Shown here one piece after another: positions 30,889 to 32,000 of a stretch of 32,000 nt of DNA. The DNA is taken from NCBI RefSeq assembly GCF_000014785.1, contig NC_008340.1, forward strand, positions 1,470,001 through 1,502,000. The letters are read 5' to 3'. Position numbers and translations under genes: made by a program. The notes below the pieces were generated by a model. That model saw nothing but the letters and a program-made list of their open reading frames with translations, did not search any database and was not told the origin of the DNA. The stretch comes from Alkalilimnicola ehrlichii MLHE-1. Its GTDB lineage: Bacteria; Pseudomonadota; Gammaproteobacteria; Nitrococcales; Halorhodospiraceae. How positions within the stretch are numbered: the stretch's first letter is position 1; each line of letters opens with the position of its first letter.

Positions 30889-32000
30889 AGGCGGTTCTTG
30901 CCGGCCCGTTTGCCCTCATAAAGGGCGGCATCCGCCCGTTCCAGCAGCCGCGCGGCATTGTCCCCTGGCCGATGTGCGGTGGCGCCGGCGGTAGCCGTGA
31001 GGGTCAGGGGCGGGTGGCACGGCCCGGTCATCGGCCGGGAGGCCAGGTTGGTGAGCAGCCGGCGCCCCACAATCTCCGCCTCCTTGAGCCCGCGGTCGGG
31101 CAGGATGAGCAGGAACTCCTCCCCCCCATAGCGGCACACCGGATCGATGCCGCGTACCACCTCTTGCATCAGGTAGGCCAGGTGTTGCAGGGCGCGATCC
31201 CCCACTTGGTGGCCCCAGCGGTCGTTGAACGGCTTGAAGTCGTCCAGATCCAGCATCACTACGGCCAGCTCCCGCTGCCGGCGTTCGGCGTCCTCCACGG
31301 CACGGGCCAGGAATTCGTCCAGGTAGCGTCGGTTGTACAACCCGGTGAGACCATCGGTGTAGGCCGTCAGGCGCAGCTGCGCCTGCTCATTCAGCAGCGC
31401 CTCCCGCTCCGCCTGGAGCAGGCCGATGCGGTCGGCCAGGGCCAATGACAGGAGCACCGCCTGCAGGCTTACGCCGATCTGGAAGCCGTAGTACGTTACG
31501 AAGTGATGAGGGACCAGCCCCAGGCCGGCCAGTGTGAAGAGCAGGGCCCCCACCACCATGACGAGCCAGGCCAATAGCAGCCAGCGTGCGGGTGGGAAGT
31601 CATGGTCGCGGATTGCGCGCGCGGTGGCGAAGAGGTAGCTGGCCATGGCCAGCAGTCCGATGGCGCTGGCGTAAAGCAGTGTGGCATGGCCGGGAAGGCC
31701 CCAAGCCAGCGGGGCCAGGGCGAGGCTGCAGAGGGCGGCTATCGGCAACAGGCGATCCATTGCCGGGTCGCGTTGCTCGGTCATCAGGAAACGGCGGCAG
31801 AACCACATAGCGCTGGCGCAGCCCAGCGAAAGGGCGGTGAACATCAGCGCCTCGTTGAGCGCTATCCCCAGGCCGGGCCAGAACTCGTGGGTGAGCCCCT
31901 TCTGAAACACGAAGTAGCCGGCGAGGCCGAGAATGAAGCCGACGTACCAGAGGTAGCTCGCATCCCTGAGCCGGAATAGCAGGATGGTGTTGTAGGCCGC
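30873..32000 (-). CDS. Diguanylate cyclase with an N-terminal 7TM (7TMR-DISM-like) domain; 5-prime end lies outside the window
   Basis: The GGDEF domain has an active-site GGEEF and an I-site RGID five residues upstream. My own translation of 31911-32000 (AAYNTILLFRLRDASYLWYVGFILGLAGYFV) stays open in frame, so the track start at 31910 is only an internal GTG. Confidence 0.85.
   Translation of the reverse strand, partial: AAYNTILLFRLRDASYLWYVGFILGLAGYFVFQKGLTHEFWPGLGIALNEALMFTALSLGCASAMWFCRRFLMTEQRDPAMDRLLPIAALCSLALAPLAWGLPGHATLLYASAIGLLAMASYLFATARAIRDHDFPPARWLLLAWLVMVVGALLFTLAGLGLVPHHFVTYYGFQIGVSLQAVLLSLALADRIGLLQAEREALLNEQAQLRLTAYTDGLTGLYNRRYLDEFLARAVEDAERRQRELAVVMLDLDDFKPFNDRWGHQVGDRALQHLAYLMQEVVRGIDPVCRYGGEEFLLILPDRGLKEAEIVGRRLLTNLASRPMTGPCHPPLTLTATAGATAHRPGDNAARLLERADAALYEGKRAGKNRLVTAA

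Overview
GC-rich bacterial chromosomal window; third codon positions are mostly G/C and long antisense shadow ORFs are common. Gene content suggests a sulfur-oxidising Gammaproteobacterium (Ectothiorhodospiraceae/Chromatiales-like), but that is inference only. I found no rRNA, CRISPR array, transposase, integrase or phage genes, so this looks like core redox and cofactor metabolism rather than an accessory island. Left to right: (1) a sulfur module with the 3-prime part of fccB, a YeeE/YedE-family sulfur transporter and a fused SoxY-SoxZ carrier; (2) poorly characterised membrane proteins (DUF2189-like, orphan CbiM-like, an unknown 6-TM protein, a SpmA/SpmB-type Gate-domain protein) and an Ala/Arg-rich helical-repeat protein; (3) a TehA/SLAC1-type channel, then moeA-wrbA-yqjG on the minus strand, a tiny DUF6494-like gene and moaA; (4) a long plus-strand formate dehydrogenase cluster: DUF3305-like, DUF3306-like, a consensus sigma-54 promoter, a 567-aa polyferredoxin, a TorD-like chaperone, a small Tat-signal protein, Cys-type FDH alpha, FeS beta, an embedded small lipoprotein and cytochrome b gamma; (5) small unknown genes, yjbQ and tRNA-Ser(GGA); (6) a minus-strand five-gene aldehyde:ferredoxin-oxidoreductase operon of the bacterial AorABC type, ending with a MoaD-like gene and an unknown small gene; (7) divergent folE-folX; and (8) a 7TM-GGDEF diguanylate cyclase running off the right edge. 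The best candidates for under-described biology are the DUF3305/DUF3306/polyferredoxin/TorD module with its internal sigma-54 promoter, the two consecutive Gly-Gly-terminated small proteins ending the aor operon, and the fused SoxYZ carrier beside fccB and yeeE. All family names come from reading the translations and from memory. No database search was run.
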